Shown: piece by piece, positions 8,133 through 17,519 of the stretch
Position numbering within the stretch: the first letter of the stretch is position 1
Layout: every line of letters starts with the position of its first letter
DNA from: Pyrodictium abyssi
GTDB lineage: Archaea; Thermoproteota; Thermoprotei_A; Sulfolobales; Pyrodictiaceae
Assembly: GCF_036323395.1 (NCBI RefSeq)
Contig: NZ_AP028907.1
Span: 1,470,001-1,502,000 of the forward strand
Direction: 5' to 3'
Length of the DNA stretch: 32,000 nt
Position numbers and translations under genes: made by a program
The notes under the pieces: model-generated
Database searches by the model: none
What the model was told of the DNA's origin: nothing
What the model saw: only the letters and a program-made list of their open reading frames with translations

Positions 8133-9786
8133 GCCGGGGCGTGTTGAGGAAGCTCTAGGCCTAAGCTTGGACAAAGCACTACAGGTAATGGAGAGGCTAA
8201 AGATAGAAGTAGAGCTAGACGATGAGGGCAACGTTATCGCCGAGCTTGAGGTAGACAGGCCAGACATGTATAGTCTCGAGGGCATAGCGCGCCAGGCTAA
8301 AGGCCTGCTAGGCCTAGAACTAGGTATGCCCAACTACGAGATAGTGGAGAGCGGCTACCGTATAGTAGCCGAGGATGTGCCTACCCGGCCGTACGTCGCG
8401 GGCGCTGTAGTCTGGGACGTGGACGTTGACGAGGACTTCCTTGAAGAGCTTATCCAGTTCCAAGAGAAGCTACACACAAGCCATGGTGGGCAGCGAAGGA
8501 GGGTAGCGATAGGCCTCCACGACCTAGACAAGCTGCCTTCAAGGAACGTATTCTACAGGTTCATGGATGTAGACAAGGTGGTGTTCAAGCCTCTACACCA
8601 CGAGAGGGAGATGACACTCCGCGAAGTACTGGAGGAGACTAGCCAGGGCAAGAGCTACGGCTCTATATCGCTCCAAGACGGCAAGCACCCAGTACTCTTC
8701 TCCGGAGAAGAGGTCATAAGCGTCCCTCCAGTGATAAACGCCGATCTTACCCGCATCGAGCCGGGCACAAGACACATATTCATAGACGTTACCGGCCCGG
8801 AGCTTAAGCCCGTACTAGACATACTCTCGATACTGGCTGCTAACCTAGCTGAAAGAAGCAAGAGCAAGAAGATAGGCATAGTAGACGTAGAGGCGCCATG
8901 GGGTAAACTAAGAGAGCCGAGCCTAGAACCAGCGACTATGACACTCTACCCAGAGTATGCGTCAAGGGTTATAGGCACATCTATAACAGCGGATGACACA
9001 GTTGAAGCGCTTAAGCGGATGAGGTTCGGCGCAAGGAAGGCCAGTGCTAGCCGCGTGGAGGTCGAGGTGCCGCGGTACCGGGTCGACATACTGCATCCCG
9101 TAGATCTTGTTGAGGAGATAGCACTAGCAATAGGCCTCGATAGACTAGCTCCCGAGAAGCCACGGCTGATGCTCAGAGGCTCGCTCTTACCGGTAAGAGC
9201 GTGGGAGAGGGAAGCCAGACTAATCCTCGTAGGACACGGTTTCGTCGAGGTATACTCGTATAGCCTTACAAGCTGTAAGGACCAGATAGAGCTAGCTGGT
9301 ATAGATGAGAAACGCCTAGTAGTAATCGAAAACCCTGTAGGCGTTGAGAGCGAATGCTACCGAGCGTCACTCCTCCCACAGCTACTCCGGATAGCAGCTG
9401 CAAACCAGCATGCGGTGCCCCTCCGAGTATTCGAGATCGGCGACGTCATAGTAGCCAGCGAGGAGGACAAGGAGAGAGGAATAGCATATCAGCGTAGAGT
9501 AGCGCTCCTATACATGGGTGAGAAGGCTGGCTACGAGGACATACAGTCAGTAGTATACAGTGTCCTAAGGCTCCTGGGCGACGAGATAGCAGAGGTCAAG
9601 CCTACAAGCCACAGACTCTTCATAGAAGGTCGTACAGCCGAGCTAAGAACGCGTAGAGGCGTAGTAGCAGTCCTAGGCGAAGTGAAGCCCGAGATACTAG
9701 AGAAGCTCGGAATAACGTACCCTATAGCTGCGGCAGAACTCGACTACACGGCCCTCCAGCACAAGTGGCACCGTCCTCCGGCATAG
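8113..9786 (+). CDS. pheT: Phenylalanyl-tRNA synthetase beta subunit
   Basis: Starts MPVLRFKPGRVEEALG at ATG 8113 (track start 8071 is probably too far upstream); B3/B5-like regions and position directly after pheS. Confidence 0.95.
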   Translation: MPVLRFKPGRVEEALGLSLDKALQVMERLKIEVELDDEGNVIAELEVDRPDMYSLEGIARQAKGLLGLELGMPNYEIVESGYRIVAEDVPTRPYVAGAVVWDVDVDEDFLEELIQFQEKLHTSHGGQRRRVAIGLHDLDKLPSRNVFYRFMDVDKVVFKPLHHEREMTLREVLEETSQGKSYGSISLQDGKHPVLFSGEEVISVPPVINADLTRIEPGTRHIFIDVTGPELKPVLDILSILAANLAERSKSKKIGIVDVEAPWGKLREPSLEPATMTLYPEYASRVIGTSITADDTVEALKRMRFGARKASASRVEVEVPRYRVDILHPVDLVEEIALAIGLDRLAPEKPRLMLRGSLLPVRAWEREARLILVGHGFVEVYSYSLTSCKDQIELAGIDEKRLVVIENPVGVESECYRASLLPQLLRIAAANQHAVPLRVFEIGDVIVASEEDKERGIAYQRRVALLYMGEKAGYEDIQSVVYSVLRLLGDEIAEVKPTSHRLFIEGRTAELRTRRGVVAVLGEVKPEILEKLGITYPIAAAELDYTALQHKWHRPPA

Positions 9787-9922
9787 GGCTTTCTGGGGGC
9801 AGGAGGCGCCGCTGTCCCCCGCCCCTAACACCCGGGCTCACAGCCCCCACGTGGGGGTCTCGCTCGGGCTCTTACAGACGGGAGTAACGGGGCGGCGCGG
9901 CGCTCCCGCCCCCAGAAAGCCC
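9786..9922. ncRNA. GC-rich element bounded by perfect 15-bp inverted repeats; candidate structured RNA or terminator
   Basis: GGGCTTTCTGGGGGC (9786-9800) is fully complementary to GCCCCCAGAAAGCCC (9908-9922). Inner stem GGAG(G)CGCCGC / GCGGCGCTCC and inner palindrome CCCCCACGTGGGGG. Confidence 0.5.
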
Positions 9923-10102
9923 CAGGATTATCCTAGGACGCCCTTGCCCGGGGATATACCCTAGCCTCGTCGAGACGGTATAGACACAGTGAGGCCAGAG
10001 CCCCTTTATGTTAATGTGAAGCCGGTGTGGGGCTTTCCTACTCTTCTTATATCTGCCGCCGGGACTATAGGCCGCGGGGGCTCGTAAGCAGAGGGGTAGA
10101 CG

Positions 10103-11191
10103 ATGACCCCGGAGGAGAGATTGAAGCTTATAACACGTAACACTGTAGAGGTAGTTACTATTGAGGAGCTTAAAGCGAAGATAGAGGCTGGCGAGAAGCT
10201 TAAGGGGTACATAGGTTTCGAGCCTAGTGGGCTCTTCCACATAGGCTGGCTGGTCTGGGCTAATAAGGTAAAGGATATGATTGATGCAGGGGTAGAATTC
10301 TACCTGCTTGCTGCCACGTGGCATGCGTGGATAAACGATAAGCTTGGCGGGAACATGGAGCTAATACGTAAGGCGGCGCGCCACGTGGTTGACGTGTTAG
10401 AGGCTATCGGTGTTGACCGTTCTAGACTAAGGGTTGTAGACGCTGAGGAGCTAGTGTCTGACAAAGAGTACTGGTCCATACTCCTACGGGTGGCCAAGAA
10501 CAATACGCTTGCACGTATAAAGCGGGCGCTCACCATAATGGGCAGGAAGGCTGAGGAGGCAGAGCTCGACTTCTCGAAGCTGATATACCCGGCGATGCAG
10601 GTGACAGACATATTCTACCTAGACCTGGATATAGCTCTTGGTGGTATGGACCAGCGCAAGGCGCACATGCTGGCCAGGGATACAGCGGAGAAGGTGGGCA
10701 GAAAGAAACCCATAGCGATCCATACTCCGCTGCTGACAGGGCTACAGGGAATTGGTAGGATGAACCCGGATGCTGTAGACGAGGAGCAGCACGCGGTAGA
10801 GTTCAAGATGAGCAAGTCTAAGCCCGAGACGGCTGTCTTTGTGTACGATAGCCCGGAGGACATAGAGAAGAAGATTCTACGCGCTTACTGCCCTGCAAGG
10901 GAGGTAAAATTCAACCCGATAATGGAGATAAACAAGTACCTCTTGTTCTCGAGGCCCGGCTTCAAGCTAGTCATAGAAAGGCCAGAGAAGTACGGCGGCA
11001 CAATAATAGTTGAGAGCTATGAGGAACTTGAGAGGATATACCGTGAGGGTAAGCTGCACCCACTTGACCTGAAGAAAGCTACAGCGAAGGCGCTCATAGA
11101 GATGCTGGAGCCTGTTAGGAGATACTTTGAGCAGAACCGCGAGGCACGAGAAACGCTAGAAGAACTAAAAAAGGCTGCTATCACACGATAA
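10103..11191 (+). CDS. tyrS: Tyrosyl-tRNA synthetase (archaeal/eukaryotic type)
   Basis: 362 aa; 'YIGFEPSGLFHIGWLVW' HIGH-like motif, 'YPAMQVTDIFYLDLDIALGGMDQRKAHMLARD', 'KMSKSKPETAVF' KMSKS. Confidence 0.96.
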   Translation: MTPEERLKLITRNTVEVVTIEELKAKIEAGEKLKGYIGFEPSGLFHIGWLVWANKVKDMIDAGVEFYLLAATWHAWINDKLGGNMELIRKAARHVVDVLEAIGVDRSRLRVVDAEELVSDKEYWSILLRVAKNNTLARIKRALTIMGRKAEEAELDFSKLIYPAMQVTDIFYLDLDIALGGMDQRKAHMLARDTAEKVGRKKPIAIHTPLLTGLQGIGRMNPDAVDEEQHAVEFKMSKSKPETAVFVYDSPEDIEKKILRAYCPAREVKFNPIMEINKYLLFSRPGFKLVIERPEKYGGTIIVESYEELERIYREGKLHPLDLKKATAKALIEMLEPVRRYFEQNREARETLEELKKAAITR

Positions 11192-11200
11192 TGTTTAACG

Positions 11201-11219
11201 GAGCCTAGCGGTTAGGCTC
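11201..11219. repeat. Hairpin GAGCCTA-GCGGT-TAGGCTC downstream of tyrS
   Basis: Perfect 7-bp stem, 5-nt loop. Confidence 0.6.
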
Positions 11220-11279
11220 ACAGCCCTCAATCACGGCATTCATGTGAAGCTCCCTATGCGGCTCTTCGTTCACAATGGA

Positions 11280-11292
11280 GAGCCCCGGGCTC
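11280..11292. repeat. Palindrome GAGCCC-C-GGGCTC upstream of the primase gene
   Basis: Perfect 6-bp arms separated by one base. Confidence 0.5.
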
Positions 11293-11335
11293 ATGCAGTA
11301 GAAGAGAGACAATAACTGCACCATCACCGCGCTGG

Positions 11336-12637
11336 GTGTCAGAGTTGAAGTACTTGATAAAGGCAAAGATAGAAGTTGAAGGACTAGTAAATAAGCATGA
11401 TATAATAGGTGCTATATTTGGTCAGACCGAGAATCTTTTCGGAGAGGAGTTTGACCTGCGTGAGCTACAGGACAGGGGGAGGATAGGCCGCGTCCAGGTC
11501 GAGGTACGGCACCAGGGCACAAAGACTTATGGAGAGATAACAGTCCCGTCTAACCTCGACCGCGTGGAAACAGCGCTAATAGCAGCCATGTTAGAGCTAG
11601 TCGAGAAGGTGGGCCCCTATAAGGCGCGGATACACGTCTACGATATAATTGACGTGCGTGCTGAGAAGATAAAGAAGATCATCGAGAGAGCGAAGGAAAT
11701 ACTGCGTATATGGTCGCTTGAAAAGACACCCGATCTACGTGAGGTACTACGCGAGATAAGTGAGTCGATAAAGCGCGGCGAAGTGATATCCTACGGGCCC
11801 GAGAAGCTGCCAGCCGGCCCCGATGTCGACAAGAGCGACGAGATAATCATAGTAGAAGGAAGAGCTGATGTGATAAACCTACTACGCTACGGCTACAGGA
11901 ACGTTATAGCGCTAGAGGGTGCACGTGGCAAGATACCGGACACTATAATCAAGCTGGCTAAGACTAAGAAGGCCATAGCTTTCGTCGATGGAGACCACGG
12001 TGGAGACCTAATACTATGGGAGCTGCTCCGCGTCGCCGATATAGACTATGTAGCACGGGCTCCTCCGGGCAAAGAAGTAGAGGACCTAACTGGCAAGGAG
12101 ATAGCTAGGGCTCTCCGCAACCTCGTTCCGGCCCGCGAGTACCTAGCAATACTAGAGCGTAAGCTCAAAGGTAAGCCGGAGAAGCCCGCAAAGCCCGAAC
12201 AGCCTAAGCCCGAGGCAAAACCCGAGACAAAGGAGGCTAAGCCGGAAGAAGCACCTCCAGCTCCACAGCCTAAGCCACAGCCACAGAAGCCAGCTCCAAA
12301 GGCTGAGCCGGTTATACAGGTTGAAGTAGAGCGTGTAGAGATACCGCCAAGCATTGTTGAAGAGATTAAACAGCTGAGCGGTACGCTAGAGGCTGTACTC
12401 TACGACAAGGAATGGAAACCGGTAGAGAAAGTACCGGTAAGAGACGTCTACAACGTGCTAGAGAAAGTAGAGCCGGGCAAAGTCTATGCAATAGTATACG
12501 ACGGAATAGTTACACAGCGTATGCTAGACCTTGCGGCACAGAAGCAGATAAAGCTGCTGATAGCAAACAGGCTTGGCTCCATAGAGCGTAGACCCCAGGG
12601 AGTAAGCATACTGACGTTCAACGACATACTCTCCTAG
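11336..12637 (+). CDS. dnaG: DnaG-type (TOPRIM) primase, archaeal
   Basis: 433 aa; 'DEIIIVEGRADVINLLRYGYRNVIALEGARG', 'FVDGDHGGDLI' TOPRIM motifs; C-terminal archaeal domain after a Pro/Lys/Glu linker. GTG start. Confidence 0.95.
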   Translation: MSELKYLIKAKIEVEGLVNKHDIIGAIFGQTENLFGEEFDLRELQDRGRIGRVQVEVRHQGTKTYGEITVPSNLDRVETALIAAMLELVEKVGPYKARIHVYDIIDVRAEKIKKIIERAKEILRIWSLEKTPDLREVLREISESIKRGEVISYGPEKLPAGPDVDKSDEIIIVEGRADVINLLRYGYRNVIALEGARGKIPDTIIKLAKTKKAIAFVDGDHGGDLILWELLRVADIDYVARAPPGKEVEDLTGKEIARALRNLVPAREYLAILERKLKGKPEKPAKPEQPKPEAKPETKEAKPEEAPPAPQPKPQPQKPAPKAEPVIQVEVERVEIPPSIVEEIKQLSGTLEAVLYDKEWKPVEKVPVRDVYNVLEKVEPGKVYAIVYDGIVTQRMLDLAAQKQIKLLIANRLGSIERRPQGVSILTFNDILS

Positions 12638-12746
12638 CCGCAGGATCTAGCATATGCTCTGCCCTCTTCTACGCATCTTTTACGTTTCCTCCAATTCTCC
12701 ACGGCTAACGTGGGGTGAATAGAACCTCCGACTTTCAACTCGCTCT

Positions 12747-13910
12747 TCAAAGCTGTATATTAGGTAGAAGTACTGCAAGCGTTATCATCGATATTATAGA
12801 GGCTACTAACTTCCCACGATCCTCGCCTAGCTTCTCCACGGCTATGTCTCGTAGCATCTGAGCACCATCCGTCACGAAGAGCGGAGCAGCATTGATCACA
12901 GCTAGACCGATGTTTATCATAGAAGCCAGCATAAGCACCACGAATATGGAGTATGCAGTTGACCCACTAATGCCGGATTTAACGAGGAATGCCGGCGCGT
13001 CACCTAGGTATATGCCTATGCGCTCATACACCTCCTTGTCGGCGGCATCGTCGGGGGCTGCAGGCTTCACGACTGTTACGTTTTCGCCACTAGGCTTCAC
13101 AAACACTACGACAAGGGTGACATTCGACAGCGTGCCGCCGTTCTCTGCACGAAGCTTCATCAAGTAGTTCATGAAACTAGGCACATTGCTGAAAGAGGTG
13201 CCATTGACTACTATTGATGTGAAGACGTCCCCGCTCTGGATGCCCGCCTTTTCCGCAAACGAGCCAGGGCTCACGTCTATTATTGTTATGTAAGTCCCGC
13301 CCTTGGTGAGAAGCATTATTACCGCAGTAATCGCGGCAAATAGCACTACGTTGGCCAGTATCCCTGCGGCATACACTCTTAGCCTGCTCCGTAGCGGTGC
13401 TCTTGCAAGTTCCTCGTCGTCAGGCTCGACGAAGGCTGCTGGCAGTATTCCAAGAGCTACTAGGAAGCCTGTTGACTTTACTCTTATACCCTCATATCGT
13501 GCAGCAAGAGCGTGAGAGAGCTCGTGGAATATTATTGCTAGTGAGAGGCCCGGAAGCAGATAGAGGAAGGTCTCAATGCTTATTGTAACGCCCGGGATTA
13601 TAGGCATTATCGGTGCTACTCCCCCTACGTGCCCCTTTACAAGATCCATTATCCTTGTTATAGTGAGCCTATAGAACTCCGCCATGAGCAGGAATGTCGC
13701 CGCTATGCCAAGGTCGAAGGCTAGGCCAAGGAGCCAGTAGTTCCTAAGCCTATCGAATACCTTGAAGCTGGACGGTATACGTAGTACCACCATAAGGGGA
13801 CTTACAGCTAGCCTTGAGTCTTCCTTATCTCCGCGTAGCTTCCACAGAATCGTCGTCAGCGTTATCCACGCAGCCAGGTAGGCTAGTAGCACGTTTAACG
13901 AGCCTGCCAT
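12747..13910 (-). CDS. Site-2 protease-family zinc metalloprotease (M50) with PDZ-like insert
   Basis: 'LAIIFHELSHALAARYEGIRV' HExxH in a TM helix, 'INAAPLFVTDGAQML' second motif, PDZ-like 'VSPGSFAEKAGIQSGDVF'. The track ORF extends to 14033, but a TATA-like 'cttataac' near 13960 favours a start near 13910. Confidence 0.88.
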   Translation of the reverse strand: MAGSLNVLLAYLAAWITLTTILWKLRGDKEDSRLAVSPLMVVLRIPSSFKVFDRLRNYWLLGLAFDLGIAATFLLMAEFYRLTITRIMDLVKGHVGGVAPIMPIIPGVTISIETFLYLLPGLSLAIIFHELSHALAARYEGIRVKSTGFLVALGILPAAFVEPDDEELARAPLRSRLRVYAAGILANVVLFAAITAVIMLLTKGGTYITIIDVSPGSFAEKAGIQSGDVFTSIVVNGTSFSNVPSFMNYLMKLRAENGGTLSNVTLVVVFVKPSGENVTVVKPAAPDDAADKEVYERIGIYLGDAPAFLVKSGISGSTAYSIFVVLMLASMINIGLAVINAAPLFVTDGAQMLRDIAVEKLGEDRGKLVASIISMITLAVLLPNIQL

Positions 13911-14098
13911 CGCTATAACCCTTCCCTCGCACAGCCCAGCCATTAGAGCCAGAAGCTTGGAGTTATAAGTCCCTAGCAGCTTATGAGCAGTGCAAGGAGT
14001 GTGTAGAAGACTCTCCCTATGCTCGGCAAGCAAGGGCGATATGTGCAGCCCCCCTGCTGCCGTCAGCCTAGAACCAGGGGCTAGCTAGGGTGTAGCCG

Positions 14099-14830
14099 GT
14101 GGCGCGCGATAAAGTGGAACGACGTGCGGAGTACAGGGTAGTAGTCTATGACGACGAGCACTGGAGACTTCTCAGAGATCTACGCCAGGAGGCAAAGCGC
14201 ATAATGGAGCCGCTTATACTGATGGGGCTCGCGCCTATAGTTCATGGCAGTATAGCCCGGGGTGACGTGCACAGCGACAGCGACATAGATGTGTTCATAC
14301 CATCGGTAGTGCCCTCCTACATGGTCGAGGTCGGCCTAGAAAGAGCCGGGCTAAGGATATCCCACAAACTGGTTGTCCAAGCCACACCCCAAAGCACCCC
14401 GAAGGCCTACATAGTGCTGGACGCTGAGGAGAAGAGAGTAGTCTCCTTCCCACTAGCCAAGCTCTCTAAAAGAGAATACGAGTTCTACTATTTCGGTGGA
14501 GCGCTTGACTACAATGGGATTGTGTCAGAAAAGCGCGTCCCTGGGGTGAATAAGAAGCTCGTCCTCATAGAGCCGCTTCCCGATGGACATAGGGAATCGC
14601 CAGTGATAGGACGTGAGGCGGAAGTAGCGAGAATAGTAGGTGTCAGTATAGACACCGTGCTTGAAAGGGTTAGAGTTCTAACACGCCGTGACGAGCATGG
14701 AAGAACCGGCGTATTCGTCAAGTACGAGCTAGAGCCCTGGGACTCTATAGAGGATGCGGTAAGGAGGATTGCCCGGGAGAATACTGTATTCCGACGTGCA
14801 CTCATAGCTAAGGGCTCTCCCCTGGTGTAG
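14099..14830 (+). CDS. Predicted nucleotidyltransferase
   Basis: 243 aa; 'VHGSIARGDVHSDSDIDVFI' is the GS-x9-DxD NTase signature. GTG start. Confidence 0.88.
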   Translation: MARDKVERRAEYRVVVYDDEHWRLLRDLRQEAKRIMEPLILMGLAPIVHGSIARGDVHSDSDIDVFIPSVVPSYMVEVGLERAGLRISHKLVVQATPQSTPKAYIVLDAEEKRVVSFPLAKLSKREYEFYYFGGALDYNGIVSEKRVPGVNKKLVLIEPLPDGHRESPVIGREAEVARIVGVSIDTVLERVRVLTRRDEHGRTGVFVKYELEPWDSIEDAVRRIARENTVFRRALIAKGSPLV

Positions 14831-14837
14831 AGGAATT

Positions 14838-15887
14838 ATGTTCAGGAAAACAGAGCTAGTAGAAGATGTATATGCGCTTGTCGGGGCAATGCCGCCAGGC
14901 TGTGTACACTGCATAAGGGGCTCCAAAGTAGTCATATTTATCACGGGGCTCTGCGACGACAAGTGCTTCTATTGTCCCGTCTCCCCGGATAAGCTGTACC
15001 ACGACGTTATGAGAGCCGATGAGGAGCCCGTATACTCCTTGGAGGACATAGTGTATGAGGTATACAGGATAGGTGCAGACGGCGCAAGCATAACCGGTGG
15101 GGACCCCCTCATAAAGGCCGAGAGGACTATAAAGGCGATAAGGCTGTTAAAGGAGCTGTTTGGCGACGGCTTCCACATACATTTGTATACCAGTGGGCGG
15201 TATGCATCGTCGAGCGTACTGCTAGAGCTTGAGCACGCGGGACTCGACGAGATAAGATTCCATGTAGTAGGAGACTGGGTCCTTAAACGCATAGATCTCG
15301 CGCTAAAGACTCTCAGAGACGTAGAAGTAGGCGTCGAGATACCAGTATTCCCGGACCGTGTCGAGGAAACTAAACACTTGATAAAGAAGCTGGACCAGAT
15401 GGGTGTAAAGTTCGTTAATCTAAACGAGCTCGAGGTCTCTGAAAATAATATGCGTGCAATACTACTCCACGGCTACAAACCTGAAGACAATAAGCCTGTA
15501 GTCAAGGGGAGCAGGGAGGCAGCCCTAGAGATAGTGAGATGGGCGTCTCGCAATACTAAGAGGATAACGGTCCACTTCTGCCCAGCTGTATACAAGGATA
15601 GAGTCCAGATGCGCATAAGACTTATACGTAAAGCTATGAGGACGGCAAAACCCTATGAAGAAATCACCGCCGATGGCATGGTAGTGGTGCTTGAAGCGGA
15701 GCCCGTAAGCCAGGCCCTCGAATTAGCAGATAAGGGCTTCGGCGAGCAAATCGGAGATAAAGTAGTGCTGCACCCCAGCATCCGGCTATCCGGCGCGCGT
15801 GTTAGGAGTAGATACCCCGTGGCATCAGCTGCAAGCCTTCCCTTGGAGCTGCAAGGCGTAACGGAGAATAGCAATGACGCCTCCTAG
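14838..15887 (+). CDS. Radical SAM protein
   Basis: 349 aa; 'GLCDDKCFYCPVSPDK' CxxxCxxC cluster motif, 'GASITGGDPLI' GGxP motif. Confidence 0.9.
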   Translation: MFRKTELVEDVYALVGAMPPGCVHCIRGSKVVIFITGLCDDKCFYCPVSPDKLYHDVMRADEEPVYSLEDIVYEVYRIGADGASITGGDPLIKAERTIKAIRLLKELFGDGFHIHLYTSGRYASSSVLLELEHAGLDEIRFHVVGDWVLKRIDLALKTLRDVEVGVEIPVFPDRVEETKHLIKKLDQMGVKFVNLNELEVSENNMRAILLHGYKPEDNKPVVKGSREAALEIVRWASRNTKRITVHFCPAVYKDRVQMRIRLIRKAMRTAKPYEEITADGMVVVLEAEPVSQALELADKGFGEQIGDKVVLHPSIRLSGARVRSRYPVASAASLPLELQGVTENSNDAS

Positions 15888-16910
15888 AGACTTCACCTTA
15901 GCCCCCGCAGGGGCCTCGATGCTTACGAACTGTATCTCGGCACGTGTTGCGTCAGCTAGTCTCAGCAGCTCGTCTACCCTCTTTCTAACCTCCGGGTCCG
16001 GATGGTGTAGCAGCTCGTCCAGCACTAGTAGCTTCTCTACGGCACCCATCCTAGCAGCCTCCATGACCATGTCTATCGTATAGGCTACTCTGCAGGGCTC
16101 TCTTGCTAGTAGCTTCTCGAACTCCTCGATGAATTTCTCAGCCCTAATGGAGGCGGCTTCTCTGAGAGCGTTTCTCATAACACCACGTCTAACCTCCTCA
16201 AGCACACCAGCGTGGCCGCCCATCGAGACGTGGTCTACGTAGAGCCTTACTTCCCTGGGCAGCAGGGGGCGAAGCCGTTCAGCGAGCGCGTCTTTCAGTG
16301 TTCCAGGTCCAGCAACGACAACTAGCAGCGGCTCCTCGCGCTCAACTATCCCGGCAGTAGTCTTGGCTATCACTGTAAGAGCTTCTCTCATCTTTTCCTC
16401 TCGTGAAGGATCGTCTTTGCCGGGGAGATGGAGCCCGCCCTCCGCTAGAACCCGGACACCCTGGCCACGCGCTATAGCTACCGCATACTCATCGTAGTCT
16501 ACAGCTACTATAACGGCAGCTGGCTGCAGACTACTAGATTCGAGCTTCTCTAGGAGGGCGCGTGGCCATCCACGCGGCTTCATTATCTCTAGCTCTCTGC
16601 CCAAGTCGATGTTTATTGTGTGGTATTTGCCGAGCACACCATACTTTTCAGGACCCTCGATCACAAGGCCGCGTATCCTTAGCCTTGTGGTGAACGCCTG
16701 GAACTCTGTCTTCTCGACCCTAATGGTGAGCGTCATTGGTACACGGCTGCTACGCCCCGAGCCACGTTCACCGAAATGTACTTCTCTCACGGTACGTGCC
16801 CTGACGAGGTCGCCGGGCTGGATAACCGTGTACAGCGTCCATATATCGTCGGTAGTCTCTGGTACAACCTTTACAACGCCTCGCTTAAGATCCTTAAACA
16901 CAATCTTCAT
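15825..16910 (-). CDS. pelA: Pelota (Dom34) mRNA surveillance protein
   Basis: 361 aa; 'MKIVFKDLKRGVVKVVPETTDDIWTLYTVIQPGDLVRARTVREV', 'IDMVMEAARMGAVEKLLVLDELL'. Confidence 0.95.
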   Translation of the reverse strand: MKIVFKDLKRGVVKVVPETTDDIWTLYTVIQPGDLVRARTVREVHFGERGSGRSSRVPMTLTIRVEKTEFQAFTTRLRIRGLVIEGPEKYGVLGKYHTINIDLGRELEIMKPRGWPRALLEKLESSSLQPAAVIVAVDYDEYAVAIARGQGVRVLAEGGLHLPGKDDPSREEKMREALTVIAKTTAGIVEREEPLLVVVAGPGTLKDALAERLRPLLPREVRLYVDHVSMGGHAGVLEEVRRGVMRNALREAASIRAEKFIEEFEKLLAREPCRVAYTIDMVMEAARMGAVEKLLVLDELLHHPDPEVRKRVDELLRLADATRAEIQFVSIEAPAGAKVKSLGGVIAILRYALQLQGKACS

Positions 16911-16930
16911 TTCCTGGCCATCCCTCCCCA

Positions 16931-17431
16931 GTGTGTGGGCTATGCTGGATGCAGTGCTGTAAAACGGTTAGAGCAGCAGAGCCCAGTGACCTAGACGAAG
17001 TATTCGGTATAGAAGTAGAGTCGTTTGATGAGCCGTATCCTAGGTGGTACTTCGACCTACTCTACGGGCTGAGCGGAGGAGAATACTTCCTTGTATCAGA
17101 GAGCGCTGACGGCAGGATAACCGGGTATATCGTAGGGATACCATTATCGGGGAATGTATGCCACATAGCGTCGATGGCTGTTTCAAGGGAATGCCGTAGG
17201 AAGAAAGTTGGGACAGTGCTTCTACAAAGCTTTATGGAGCTATGCAGCTCTAACGGCTATAGCTCGTTCGTACTGGAAGTCAATACATATAACTATCCAG
17301 CCCAGAGCCTGTATATATCAAACATGTTTAGACCGATGATGTTTGTGCCAAACTACTACGGCCAAGGGAAGCACGCCCTAGTGATGGCGCTAGTTGGCGA
17401 GCAGCCTTGCTGCCTGCAGCCTAGCGACTAA
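16931..17431 (+). CDS. GNAT N-acetyltransferase (RimI/ArdA-like N-terminal acetyltransferase)
   Basis: 'VRAAEPSDLDEVFGIEVESFDEPYPRWYF' and 'ICHIASMAV...CRRKKVGTVLLQSFM' style acetyl-CoA site; the start may be a few codons downstream. Confidence 0.85.
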   Translation: MCGLCWMQCCKTVRAAEPSDLDEVFGIEVESFDEPYPRWYFDLLYGLSGGEYFLVSESADGRITGYIVGIPLSGNVCHIASMAVSRECRRKKVGTVLLQSFMELCSSNGYSSFVLEVNTYNYPAQSLYISNMFRPMMFVPNYYGQGKHALVMALVGEQPCCLQPSD

Positions 17432-17519
17432 ATAGGGCAAGGCGTTACGTAGACTCTACGCTAAGATGGTTACACATTATGTGGAGGCCCGGCTCTATAG
17501 TACTGGGTAGGGCTAGCCT

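Noticed and set aside
9872-10324. 150-aa antisense ORF
   Set aside because: Spans the GC-rich element and the start of tyrS with low-quality composition; no motif.
12046-12354. 102-aa Gly/Cys-rich antisense ORF
   Set aside because: Complement of the repetitive Pro/Lys linker of DnaG; composition artefact.
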